A stretch of 56,630 bases of DNA from NCBI GenBank assembly GCA_964356795.1, contig CAYHIK010000007.1:1-56630 (forward strand), read 5' to 3'. Of this stretch, positions 9,441 through 18,660 are shown piece after piece. This stretch comes from an uncultured Candidatus Saccharibacteria bacterium (GTDB lineage Bacteria > Patescibacteriota > Minisyncoccia > 2-02-FULL-40-12 > GWA2-44-9). Every line of letters starts with the position of its first letter. Positions within the stretch are counted from its first letter, which is position 1. A program made the position numbers and the translations under genes. The notes under the pieces were generated by a model. That model ran no database searches. It had not been told where the DNA came from and was given only the letters and a program-made list of their open reading frames with translations.

Positions 9441-9606
9441 AACTTCCTGCTCCATCTGGAGGAAGGATATGGTAGAGGATTGCTAGCGTATAGAAGCGAC
9501 GACAGCGCCGGGGGGAGCATCCGTTGGCCGGTCGTCGATGCGTACGCCGAACTTCCTTTCGTTACCCCGCACAAAGCCCCCACCCGGTCAGTAATGACCG
9601 GGTTTT
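9441..9606 (+). ncRNA. Candidate rod-shaped ncRNA
   Basis: Promoter upstream, GCGTA/TACGC and CGACGAC/GTCGTCG nested stems, terminator ACCCGGTCA-GTAA-TGACCGGGT+T; only a 5-codon ORF. Confidence 0.45.
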
Positions 9607-9648
9607 GTTATATTGTCCCGCGTGACGAATATGTGGTAGTATCTGGGC

Positions 9649-10668
9649 ATGAATGACGCATCTTCATCCCACGGGTCCCGACGTCAACGTATTTCTTGGC
9701 TCACGGTGGTGCTGGCACTTCTTGCAGTTGTCACCTTTTTTGCGATTTCTCGTCCCGATGTTCTGTATGTGTCGCCGATGGAGTTTAGTGGTGGCGGTAT
9801 AGAAAGCACCGGCAGCTCCGTGGCGGTGCCGCCTACTGGCATGGGTATATCCGAGGTCGGCTTGGATAGGTACTACCCCTATCCGGATTACAATAAAGGG
9901 GTACCAGCGACTGATACGCGCGAATTTTTGAAAGTAAATTACGACGCTTCCATTCAAACCCGCGATGTGCAGGGGCTCACGCGTAGGGTCGAGACAATAG
10001 TACGTGGACATGGTGGGCGCATTGACCAAGTATCAAGTTCTCCGCGGTATGGCTACTTACATTTCGTTGTTCCCATGAGTAAGTATGATGAGTTTCGCGA
10101 CGAGTTGGAAAGTATTACGAAGCGTCGATTCCTAGCGGTGAATGTTGCATCACAGAATCTGTTGCCACAGAAACAGAGTATTGAGGAGCAACAAAAACAG
10201 GCAGGCAGTACGCTTGTTGCTTACAAAGCAGCTCGGCAAAAAATAGTAACTGCGCACACAGGCGCGGTGGGAGTGCTCCAATCACAGATAGATGCCGATA
10301 TGCAATTACTCGACTCCTTGCGCGCCCAAGCCCAGACACCCTCGATACAAGCTCAGATACAAGAGATAACGAATAATCTATCATTGTTGCAACAGCAGAT
10401 GGCTAACGAAAGCGCCGCGTATTTGACGCAACTTCGCGACGCAGATGCAAATATCAAGAATGCCCAAGATTGGCAGACTGCGGTGAAAACTCAAGACCAA
10501 GCTTTGCTTGATGATGTTGCGACGGTAACTGGTTCTGTGTCGCTCAAGTGGATAAGCTATTGGGCGATTGCACAGCTGTATCTTCCCGGATATTGGATAC
10601 CGGCTATATTCGTCGCACTCGCGTTCCTCTCGTTTCTCTGGGACCGTCGCCGATTCATGAATGCGTAG
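9649..10668 (+). CDS. DUF4349-like protein
   Basis: N-terminal TM, ferredoxin-like segment (GGRID..VP..YDEF), coiled coil, C-terminal TM. Confidence 0.75.
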   Translation: MNDASSSHGSRRQRISWLTVVLALLAVVTFFAISRPDVLYVSPMEFSGGGIESTGSSVAVPPTGMGISEVGLDRYYPYPDYNKGVPATDTREFLKVNYDASIQTRDVQGLTRRVETIVRGHGGRIDQVSSSPRYGYLHFVVPMSKYDEFRDELESITKRRFLAVNVASQNLLPQKQSIEEQQKQAGSTLVAYKAARQKIVTAHTGAVGVLQSQIDADMQLLDSLRAQAQTPSIQAQIQEITNNLSLLQQQMANESAAYLTQLRDADANIKNAQDWQTAVKTQDQALLDDVATVTGSVSLKWISYWAIAQLYLPGYWIPAIFVALAFLSFLWDRRRFMNA

Positions 10669-10676
10669 AGCATTAT

Positions 10677-10751
10677 TGGTGGGCGATCAAGGAATCGAAC
10701 CTTGGACCTCTGTCTTATCAGGACAGCGTTCTACCACTGAACTAATCGCCC
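10677..10751 (-). tRNA. tRNA-Ile(GAT)
   Basis: Cloverleaf GGGCGAT...ATCGCCC-A-CCA; anticodon arm CTGTC-CT GAT AA-GACAG; GGTTCGATTCC. Confidence 0.96.
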
Positions 10752-10817
10752 GTAGCATGGGAAATAATACCTCAAAACCTAGCATTCTGCAACTATTTCT
10801 GATATCATGGCGCCTGC

Positions 10818-10890
10818 GGGCCCTTAGCTCAGCTGGTAGAGCGCCTCATTTGCAATGAGGAGGTCAGCGGTTCGAATCCGCTAGGGTCCA
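10818..10890 (+). tRNA. tRNA-Ala(TGC)
   Basis: Cloverleaf with G3:U70; anticodon arm CCTCA-TT TGC AA-TGAGG; CCA not encoded. Confidence 0.96.
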
Positions 10891-10895
10891 CCGAA

Positions 10896-11432
10896 ATGCC
10901 TCAGTATACGGTTCCATTCTTATCTCAATACGCTGATCTTGGGCACCATGAATGGCGAGCGCGTGGGTGTGGAATTACCGCGCTCAAGATGGTGATGGAC
11001 TACTGGCACGGCGTTGATGCTCGTAATCAGGCTATTTCCCTCGATGAGCTGCTTTCGGAGGGTCTTGCATCGCAAGCATATCGAGAGGGCGTCGGGTGGA
11101 CGCACCGAGGTCTTGCTGAGCTAGCGCAGTCACACGGATACGAATCGTTCAATGTCGACTTCGCGCCACAGGGTAAGACTCCTAAAGCATTAGATGAAGC
11201 GTGGAGTATGCTTGTGGTCGAGCTTGAGCGCGGTCCAGTGCTTGCGAGTGTGTATGCGGGCATGGATCCGAATCGCGGGGGCGGGCACATCGTCGTGGTG
11301 ACGGGTTTTCATGATGGTATGGTTTTATTCAACGACCCCGAAGAGATGGCGCCTCGTGAGGGACAGAAGTCTATTGCGCTCGAGGCGTTTTTACTTGCAT
11401 TCAAGCGACGATATATTGTGGTGTGTGCCTAG
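10896..11432 (+). CDS. C39-like cysteine peptidase
   Basis: VPFLSQ, CGITALKMV, GHIVVVTG, NDP catalytic pattern. Confidence 0.85.
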   Translation: MPQYTVPFLSQYADLGHHEWRARGCGITALKMVMDYWHGVDARNQAISLDELLSEGLASQAYREGVGWTHRGLAELAQSHGYESFNVDFAPQGKTPKALDEAWSMLVVELERGPVLASVYAGMDPNRGGGHIVVVTGFHDGMVLFNDPEEMAPREGQKSIALEAFLLAFKRRYIVVCA

Positions 11433-13111
11433 GGTGTCGGCGGAGATTCTGGGGGTGCGCTTGCTTGAGGGGCTGGTGGTTGAGCTACAGCAACACCAAC
11501 GTGCGCGCGTGTTCGAAGTCGCTGAATTACGAACAGCGTACCCCCGATGAGTAGTATGCCCATAAGTATGCTCGGCAGATTCGATCGCACTCGCTTAGCA
11601 AGTGTTGGGTGCTGCACAGTGATGGTTGCAGGTGTTGCGATTTTTTCGAACGCCCCGCCTCGGTCGGCATACACAACGATGCGATGCTCTCCTTCGGGCA
11701 GATTTGTCACATCGAGCGCATTGATGTCGCCCGAAACCACGACTGAGCGAATGAGGTTATTTTGAGCGTCAAAGACGTCAATACGATATTGAGTTGCAGG
11801 CGTTGAGCTGGGCGTTGGCCACGAGAGCGTGTCGCCATTCAGGATTTCAATAATGGGGGCTGAGCTTGGTGTCGGAGTTGCTGTGATTTCGGGTGTTGGT
11901 GTGGGGGCTCCGGGAGACGTCATAGGCGTCGGAGCTGGTGTCGGCGTGCTCTGTGGGGTTAGGAAGTTTATCGTAGCTTTCGCGCTGTTTCCCGATGTAT
12001 CATTCGAGGTAATGCTGGCACGAAGATGTGTATCAGTTGGTAGGCTCCCGACGGTTATATAATGTTCTAGCTCGAGTGTTTGATCAAAATTGGAGCCAGC
12101 ATTGATGTATTCTGGTAGTGTCTGGACCACCACGATGCTGCTTGCGGCTTCGCTGGTAGTCCATGCGAACGTCGCAGAATTCGGGGTCATCGAGACGACT
12201 CGCGCATTTGAGATGGTCGGTGGTGTTGTGTCTGGCGTAGGAGTTGGAGCTTGTGTAGGCGTCGGCGTTGCGCCGATTGGGGTGGGCGTAGGAGTTGGTG
12301 TTTGCCCCGATTCGAGCGTGGTAAATGACCCGCTATACGCGGTGGAATTTCCCCACGCGTCACGAACGGTGAGCGTGTATACGTACATTGTGCCAGGTGT
12401 GACGGGAAGAAGAGCGGTGCATGGCTGCGTGGTGATGAGGCAGGATGTGTATTGACCGACCCAGTCCTCGATGGCGTCACCGTACGCAATAGACCGATCA
12501 ACTGGCTCATTTGCATAGTAGCTCATGAGAACATGTGAGAGTTCTGTTTGTGCAACGGTAACAGAACTTATAACGGGTGGGCTCCCCTCGCTGTTTTCAT
12601 AGAGTGCGAATTTAAAGCTGTACGCCCGATCATCTCCGCCAATACGAGCGAGTCCCCCCGTGTATGCGGGGAGCGGCACGCCATTGTGCGCGAGGAGCAT
12701 ATTGGTTTCAGCGTAATACATTCGCAGTGTTGGAGCTGATGATGAAATGCGTACCCGATAGGCGTTTTGCCCGACTACCGCAACCTGCGATGGGAGGGAG
12801 ATATGAATGCGCGTACCCGCCTCGCTCTCTGCGATTGGGGGAATAGTGATTGAGGTGGTTCCGAGGAGCGTGTTTGCGCTGGTGTAGAGTTGGAATACTG
12901 CATCGGTGGGTACTCCGCCATTGCTGAGCCAGAAATCAAACCCTGCGAGATATTCATTCAGCGGAAGAAAGACCTCGTCTATCGTTCCGGATGATGCAAC
13001 AAGTAGGCTCTGCGCGTAATCAGGCGCAAATTCTCTATATGCCGCACCGTGTGCAGCGTTGGGCGCTAAGAAAAATCCGATGAGTACAGCATGCCAGAGT
13101 ATTCGCTTCAT
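11429..13111 (-). CDS. Cell-surface protein with FN3/Ig-like domains, Pro-Thr linkers and C-terminal TM
   Basis: Signal peptide, DTTPPTISN..WTTSE FN3-like repeats, (PT)n linkers. Confidence 0.8.
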   Translation of the reverse strand: MKRILWHAVLIGFFLAPNAAHGAAYREFAPDYAQSLLVASSGTIDEVFLPLNEYLAGFDFWLSNGGVPTDAVFQLYTSANTLLGTTSITIPPIAESEAGTRIHISLPSQVAVVGQNAYRVRISSSAPTLRMYYAETNMLLAHNGVPLPAYTGGLARIGGDDRAYSFKFALYENSEGSPPVISSVTVAQTELSHVLMSYYANEPVDRSIAYGDAIEDWVGQYTSCLITTQPCTALLPVTPGTMYVYTLTVRDAWGNSTAYSGSFTTLESGQTPTPTPTPIGATPTPTQAPTPTPDTTPPTISNARVVSMTPNSATFAWTTSEAASSIVVVQTLPEYINAGSNFDQTLELEHYITVGSLPTDTHLRASITSNDTSGNSAKATINFLTPQSTPTPAPTPMTSPGAPTPTPEITATPTPSSAPIIEILNGDTLSWPTPSSTPATQYRIDVFDAQNNLIRSVVVSGDINALDVTNLPEGEHRIVVYADRGGAFEKIATPATITVQHPTLAKRVRSNLPSILMGILLIGGTLFVIQRLRTRAHVGVAVAQPPAPQASAPPESPPTP

Positions 13112-13179
13112 TGAATCTAGTATATCACGTTAAAACGCCCCCTGATGGGGCGCTTTAACGTGATATCTCCTGGCGGTTG

Positions 13180-13641
13180 CTAGCGAGACACCGAGATTAC
13201 TTCATCAAGCTCCGCGAGCGGTGCATTGATTGTGACACGGCCTGTTGCTGAGCGGACAATCGTGTAGCCAGAGTATCCTGCTGACGCGGTCGCATCGGTG
13301 GTTGGGTCAACAACCATTGTTGAGACGTAGGTGGGAACTAAGCATGCCTCGAGGTCGATGAGGCCAACTGCTGAGCCAACATACGTTGCTGTTGACGGAA
13401 GCGTAACCGTGACGGGGCCGGTGCATGAGGATGACCAGAGACCGCGATTGTCTGCCATGCGCTGGCCGACTGCGTTGAGGAGCGTATTGATGTTGCTCCA
13501 GCGTTGCGTGTTGCGAGCTTGCGCGAACTGACGAGCTGGGTTCAACGCAACGATGACGACTGATGCCAAGATTGCGATAATACCGATGACGACGAGGATT
13601 TCGATAAGTGTGAAACCCTTTTGGTTTTTCTTTGCTGACAT
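13180..13641 (-). CDS. Type IV prepilin, probable major pilin
   Basis: KG-FTLIEILVVIGII N-methylation motif. Confidence 0.92.
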   Translation of the reverse strand: MSAKKNQKGFTLIEILVVIGIIAILASVVIVALNPARQFAQARNTQRWSNINTLLNAVGQRMADNRGLWSSSCTGPVTVTLPSTATYVGSAVGLIDLEACLVPTYVSTMVVDPTTDATASAGYSGYTIVRSATGRVTINAPLAELDEVISVSR

Positions 13642-13774
13642 GGGTGGTTAATGATTAAACAGTACGAAATGAATACAAACTTCGCTGAGATGCCATGCAT
13701 GGAGCACCCCAACAATATCGACCTTTATTTCCTTTTAGTATACCACTACACGACTCGTGCCTTATCCACATAAA

Positions 13775-15217
13775 CTACTTTTTCTCGTTCCAAAAGATGG
13801 GCGTGTAGTAATCGGCAGTGAGTGGAAACGCGGGTGGTGGACCATACAGCAGGTGCGCGTCGTAGATAATGATGCGATACTCGTAGCCAGTTCCATCGGT
13901 GTAGGCGAATCCATAACGCTCTCCTGACGCAATCATGCCAAAGAGTGTAATGGTGTCGCGATATGCTTCGGCGCCACAGCGCGATTGGTTTCCCGATGCA
14001 GGTCGATAGTAGTACCTTCCTACGCGACCATTTTGGGCAAAGAGCGCTCCATCGATACGGAGTATGTCGGCGCTCTTAAGTCCCGTGCCTACATTTCCTT
14101 GGGCAATAAGGCTGAGGATGTCTTGACCGTCATAGTTTGTGTAGAGGAGGTTATTGTTTACGGTTATGTGGGCGTAGTGTGCGGAATTTTCGGGGAAGAT
14201 GCCGGCACCAATTGAGACTCGTGCGGTTTCAATCTGGCCATCAACCCAAACATTATCAGAGAAGAAGAGTATATTGTTGCTTGGAAGCGGGTAATTACCG
14301 AGGAGCGTCTCAGTTTCGATACTCCATGTGTCCCAATCATGTTGACCGAGCACCTCGATGCATCCATTCGGAGCTTTCAGCGTCTTGTTTACTTTGTAGA
14401 GATCAAAGGTGTCATTTGTTTTAAGGACGACGTGGTATCCAGATTCTTCCGATGAGTCGCGATAGAAGCCAGCGCTCTCCGCACTCGACTGCATCGTTGC
14501 GAGGTCTTGGGTGATGCCAACGAAATCAACGGGTGCGACAGCGAACTCTCTTCCTGCCATGAATACATCGGTCCTCACGGGAACCGTCGCGGGTGGCGTC
14601 GGGTCGATTGGGGAGGCGTGCGTGTGGACGCCGAATTCATCCTTCCCCGAATGGTCGGGGTCGTTGTACTCGTCAACGGCACTTGTTACCAAGTTGTGTG
14701 CCACGCCGTCCACACGGACGCCGAGGTTTGAGTGGATGGGGCCGTAGATGTCGGTTCCCTCCCCAAAGCGTACGAAGTCGTTTATCACAACGGCGTAGCG
14801 TGCGAATGAGGGGATTGCAAGCTTTGCTTCGATGATTTTTGAAACGTCTGCGTTCGCGGTGATAGCGCCTGTTGATTCGAGTGTTACCACGGTGGAGCCC
14901 GTGTCAGGCGGAATGATATTCAGAGAGTATGAACCGATGAGGTCTCCATCTTTATCGCGAAATTCATGCGTATAGGGGCCAGAGGATTCTGTGCCGTCTT
15001 TGTAGTCTTGCTTCGCGTGTGCAAGGTGCCACCGGTAGTACTCGATACCTGATTCCGCAATCATAAATGCCTGTGCTTGATCATAATCGCGGAAGACGGC
15101 CTTAATATTCGCATCGGCCCATAGGATGAATCCGGACAATATAATAATTGAAACCGAACTGAAAATGAGCACATAGAGGGATATCACGCCTGATTGTCGA
15201 GTGCGGAAGTTCATCAT
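13775..15217 (-). CDS. PilX-like minor pilin or assembly protein
   Basis: QSG-VISL hydrophobic N-terminus, QAFMIAESGIE motif, pilus operon context. Confidence 0.8.
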   Translation of the reverse strand: MMNFRTRQSGVISLYVLIFSSVSIIILSGFILWADANIKAVFRDYDQAQAFMIAESGIEYYRWHLAHAKQDYKDGTESSGPYTHEFRDKDGDLIGSYSLNIIPPDTGSTVVTLESTGAITANADVSKIIEAKLAIPSFARYAVVINDFVRFGEGTDIYGPIHSNLGVRVDGVAHNLVTSAVDEYNDPDHSGKDEFGVHTHASPIDPTPPATVPVRTDVFMAGREFAVAPVDFVGITQDLATMQSSAESAGFYRDSSEESGYHVVLKTNDTFDLYKVNKTLKAPNGCIEVLGQHDWDTWSIETETLLGNYPLPSNNILFFSDNVWVDGQIETARVSIGAGIFPENSAHYAHITVNNNLLYTNYDGQDILSLIAQGNVGTGLKSADILRIDGALFAQNGRVGRYYYRPASGNQSRCGAEAYRDTITLFGMIASGERYGFAYTDGTGYEYRIIIYDAHLLYGPPPAFPLTADYYTPIFWNEKK

Positions 15218-15804
15218 ATGTCGCCTCGAAGATTTCGGATATTTATAGTGATCCCAAGCGTTGTGGGAGAGGGTGGTTCTTCTGAGTCTTTATCGGTTGT
15301 TACCATCACGCGCACAAGCCGGATGTCTGCTACGGAGACGGGGCTCGCGAGCGGGGCGGTGATATCGGGGTGCCCTGCGGGGTAGTATGAAAAAATACTC
15401 GTTGAGGTGACGTAGTGTACGAGGTCAGAGAGTACTTCGTTTGCGGAGGGATATGTTACGGGCTCTGTCGCCGTTGGTTCTGTGACTCCTTTTTTGATGA
15501 CTCCATCTTGGAGGAAATAGCGGACCTGCTCAAATACTCCGTCGACATCGATGTCGCTAAAGAACGTGAGCGAAGTAGGTGTAGCGGCGGCAATCGTGTA
15601 TGCGCCGTTCCCGCCGGGGCCCATTGAGCGAACTTCAGAAATCATCGTACGAAGCGTTGCTTCGAGTTCGCGCTCAGTCTCGAGGCGGTTTCCAAGATTG
15701 ACACCAAAATCAGAAAGATCCAGCGTAAATGATGTCACATACGCAGCGCTCAGCGTGGTGATGGCGATTGCGATGAGAATCTCGATGAGCGTAAATCCTC
15801 GCAT
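15214..15804 (-). CDS. Minor prepilin (PilW/PulJ-like)
   Basis: RG-FTLIEILIAI, C-terminal IRN. Confidence 0.85.
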   Translation of the reverse strand: MRGFTLIEILIAIAITTLSAAYVTSFTLDLSDFGVNLGNRLETERELEATLRTMISEVRSMGPGGNGAYTIAAATPTSLTFFSDIDVDGVFEQVRYFLQDGVIKKGVTEPTATEPVTYPSANEVLSDLVHYVTSTSIFSYYPAGHPDITAPLASPVSVADIRLVRVMVTTDKDSEEPPSPTTLGITINIRNLRGDI

Positions 15805-15807
15805 GGC

Positions 15808-17589
15808 TTAGGGGGTCAGTGAGACAATAATACGTTCCCACGCTGTACTTATTGGGACGCTGAGCGTCACCGGTTGGTATCCGGATCGGGTGATGGTGAC
15901 GTCATATGTTTCTAGTGCTAGGCCGTTTATGTATGCCTGTCCTGACATGACGCATCCGGAAGCGTAGTTGATGCTAACATCTTCGAGTGAAGAGGCTATT
16001 TGCTCGCTATCGGTTTTCAGGATTGCCCGATATCTGATGTATCGATTCCCATTGAGCGATACAGGAATCGCGTCCCCAGAGGTTGTGAAGTATGAGGTTC
16101 CGGTTCCATCAGGCCCTGTCCACGCCCATGTCGTATTGTCATTATTTGCAGCGAGTTGCATGCGGAGACTGTTGTCGCCCGCAGGTTGTGGTTGAGACGC
16201 GGGCGACCAGTTGAGGGTGTCGAAATCCATGCTCGAGGTACCAATATCGAACGTGTTCGATATGAGCCACTCTTCACTTGCGCTCGCATAGGAGCCATTT
16301 GATTCTTTGAGCGTGAGCACTCCTCCGGAGGATGTCTCGATGAATGCGCTTGCGGAGTCGTATGAACCAGCTGGCCAATCTGTTTGCGTGAGCGCCCAGT
16401 GTCCCGTTGTTCGAGATTCGTCATAGCCGGTCCCCGTCACGTGGACGAGTGCATCGTTGAGCGGTTGTCCGGATGCATCAACAACAGAAACAAGGAGTGC
16501 GTTTGCTGATTTCGCGTAGGTCATCCAGGTGAGTGTATGTTGTGTATTTGGATCGATGGAAAACGAGAGCGATGCATGCGCGCCGGCGATGTCGAATGCT
16601 GTATCGGTGGGGACGAGCGAGTAGGTATCCCATTCGAGTGAGCCAAGCGTGACAAGTCCATTGGCATCGGTTGTGTGAGCGACGGAGTATTTTGGCGTAT
16701 CGGGATTTGTGCCGATGTTCTTTGCCCCTGTAACAAGGGCGTCAAAGCTCGAAGTCGGCGCACAGAATTGATCCCGAGCGCGAATCGTGAGAGAGCTCAC
16801 GCGATCTATCGCGAAGCTTGCGATAGTGAGTTGTTGATTCGCAACGGTAGCGTCGGGCTTTATGGGGTTCGCCGGCGAGCCCGGTGCGTATGTTCGATCG
16901 CTTGAGTATCCTGATTTTGAAACTTCGACACGATACGCAGCAGAGCCGGTTGCAGTGTCCACGAGTTGGAGCACGCCGTCAGTATTAGTGATATCGGTGA
17001 GGTCGATATCTGGTGATGCCAGGGTGTTGGTAATGTGCACGGTCGCGCCACTCACGGCGATACCGGCAGCATCAAATACACGAATGAAGAGATTGCCCCT
17101 CCTGCTCGTGCTTTCGAGATTCTTTGGCGCAATGTATGTTGACATTGAAATAAGATTGTGTCGTGGACACGTGTCGCAGGTCACCTGAAATTCGACGAGC
17201 TTGTAATCGGCGGGTGCGGTGTCTCCGGGGGTGCCGCCGAGCGTACCATCGAAGGGGTCGTCTATATTGCGGACGTAGGTGTGAAGCACAAGGTCGGTCG
17301 TGCCAACAGAAATTATTTTTTCTTGCGCTAGTAAGCCTTGGGGCGCACCTTCCACAACTCCCACATCTTCGTAGCGCATATTTCGAACAGACTCGACTTC
17401 TGATTCGATGGTATCGAGTGCGACGCTATTGTATTGTGCGGATTGTACGATATCGAGAACGTTCGAATAAGCGAAGTAGATGCTCGTGCTCACGATGCTT
17501 AAAATGGTGAGCCCAATGAGCGTCTCGATGATGGTGAATCCGAGTTGTGACGTCTGCGCGTTAACGCCCAAGCGTTTGGGTAATTGCAT
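15808..17589 (-). CDS. Large minor prepilin with carboxypeptidase-regulatory-like beta domains
   Basis: G-FTIIETLI motif; repeated V.D..G.P...A.V / Y.V..S..GY units. Confidence 0.85.
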   Translation of the reverse strand: MQLPKRLGVNAQTSQLGFTIIETLIGLTILSIVSTSIYFAYSNVLDIVQSAQYNSVALDTIESEVESVRNMRYEDVGVVEGAPQGLLAQEKIISVGTTDLVLHTYVRNIDDPFDGTLGGTPGDTAPADYKLVEFQVTCDTCPRHNLISMSTYIAPKNLESTSRRGNLFIRVFDAAGIAVSGATVHITNTLASPDIDLTDITNTDGVLQLVDTATGSAAYRVEVSKSGYSSDRTYAPGSPANPIKPDATVANQQLTIASFAIDRVSSLTIRARDQFCAPTSSFDALVTGAKNIGTNPDTPKYSVAHTTDANGLVTLGSLEWDTYSLVPTDTAFDIAGAHASLSFSIDPNTQHTLTWMTYAKSANALLVSVVDASGQPLNDALVHVTGTGYDESRTTGHWALTQTDWPAGSYDSASAFIETSSGGVLTLKESNGSYASASEEWLISNTFDIGTSSMDFDTLNWSPASQPQPAGDNSLRMQLAANNDNTTWAWTGPDGTGTSYFTTSGDAIPVSLNGNRYIRYRAILKTDSEQIASSLEDVSINYASGCVMSGQAYINGLALETYDVTITRSGYQPVTLSVPISTAWERIIVSLTP

Positions 17590-18637
17590 AAATCGGGGTA
17601 ATAATCGAAATCGCAACAAAGATAACCACGCCGCCCATGACCAGTAATAGAATCGGCTCAAGTATATTACTTAATCCCTTCGTGGTGTTGTCGAGTTCGG
17701 TTTCATAAAAATCAGCGAGGAACACGAGCGTTTCATCGAGCTTTCCGGTATTTTCGCCAACCATCGACATTTGGCTAAACGTTGGAGGGAACAGCTTTTC
17801 ATTGGCAATCATCGACTTGCTCATGGGTTCGCCTCGCTGTACCGCCCGTCCAATGGCGAGCGCCTCATCTCGATAGACAAGATTGGTGAGGGTCTCGGCG
17901 GTGATGTCGAGCGCTTGCACGATTTTTACTCCGCCACGGAGGAGGAGGTTGAGGGTGCGTGCGATGTTGATGATATTAACCTCGGTTGAGAGCCCGCCGA
18001 CATAGGGAATCGCCAGAATGAACGAGTGCCACGCTTTCTGAAATGATCGAATCCTCAGGAGGAGTATGAATGCGACAACCAAAATGAGAATCGCGAGGAA
18101 GACCCATCCGCCATAGGAGATAAAGAATTCAGATATCGCGATGAATACGCGCGTTGAAAGGGGGAGTTCGGTGTTCAGTCCACGGAGCACGGGGAGGATT
18201 TTCGGAAACACAACAAACGAGAGGATGCCGGTAATACCGAAGGTGGAGAACATGATGATTATGGGGTATGCCATTGCTCCACGTATTTTCTTTTGAAGCT
18301 CACCCTTTTTCCCCATCTCTTCCGCTAGATACTTGAAGTTTTCTGAAAGCGTTCCCGATGTTTCACCGACGCGCACAAGATTAATAAAGAAGTCGCCGAA
18401 GACGGCTCGGTAGCGTTCCATTCCGACAGAAAGATAGTGGCCATTGCGCACATCATCGATGAGGCCATCGAGCACGTGGAGGAATGGGCGGCTTGTGGTT
18501 TGGTGCTTGAGGATTTCGAGCGCGTCGAGCACCTGCATACCTGAGCGCGTCATCATGTCCATGTGGCGCGCAAAAAGCATCTTATCCTTTAAGGAAAGAC
18601 GAAAGAAAAGATTATTGAGATTATCGAACCATGACAT
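17561..18637 (-). CDS. pilC: Type IV pilus platform protein (PilC/GspF)
   Basis: Two T2SSF repeats (VGETSGTL, VGENTGKLD, LEP). Confidence 0.92.
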   Translation of the reverse strand: MSWFDNLNNLFFRLSLKDKMLFARHMDMMTRSGMQVLDALEILKHQTTSRPFLHVLDGLIDDVRNGHYLSVGMERYRAVFGDFFINLVRVGETSGTLSENFKYLAEEMGKKGELQKKIRGAMAYPIIIMFSTFGITGILSFVVFPKILPVLRGLNTELPLSTRVFIAISEFFISYGGWVFLAILILVVAFILLLRIRSFQKAWHSFILAIPYVGGLSTEVNIINIARTLNLLLRGGVKIVQALDITAETLTNLVYRDEALAIGRAVQRGEPMSKSMIANEKLFPPTFSQMSMVGENTGKLDETLVFLADFYETELDNTTKGLSNILEPILLLVMGGVVIFVAISIITPIYAITQTLGR

Positions 18638-18660
18638 ATCCCTCCGTTGTAGATTACGAA

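Noticed and set aside
11860-12310. Repetitive GGTGT/GGAGT-rich tracts
   Set aside because: They encode Pro-Thr linkers of the surface protein.
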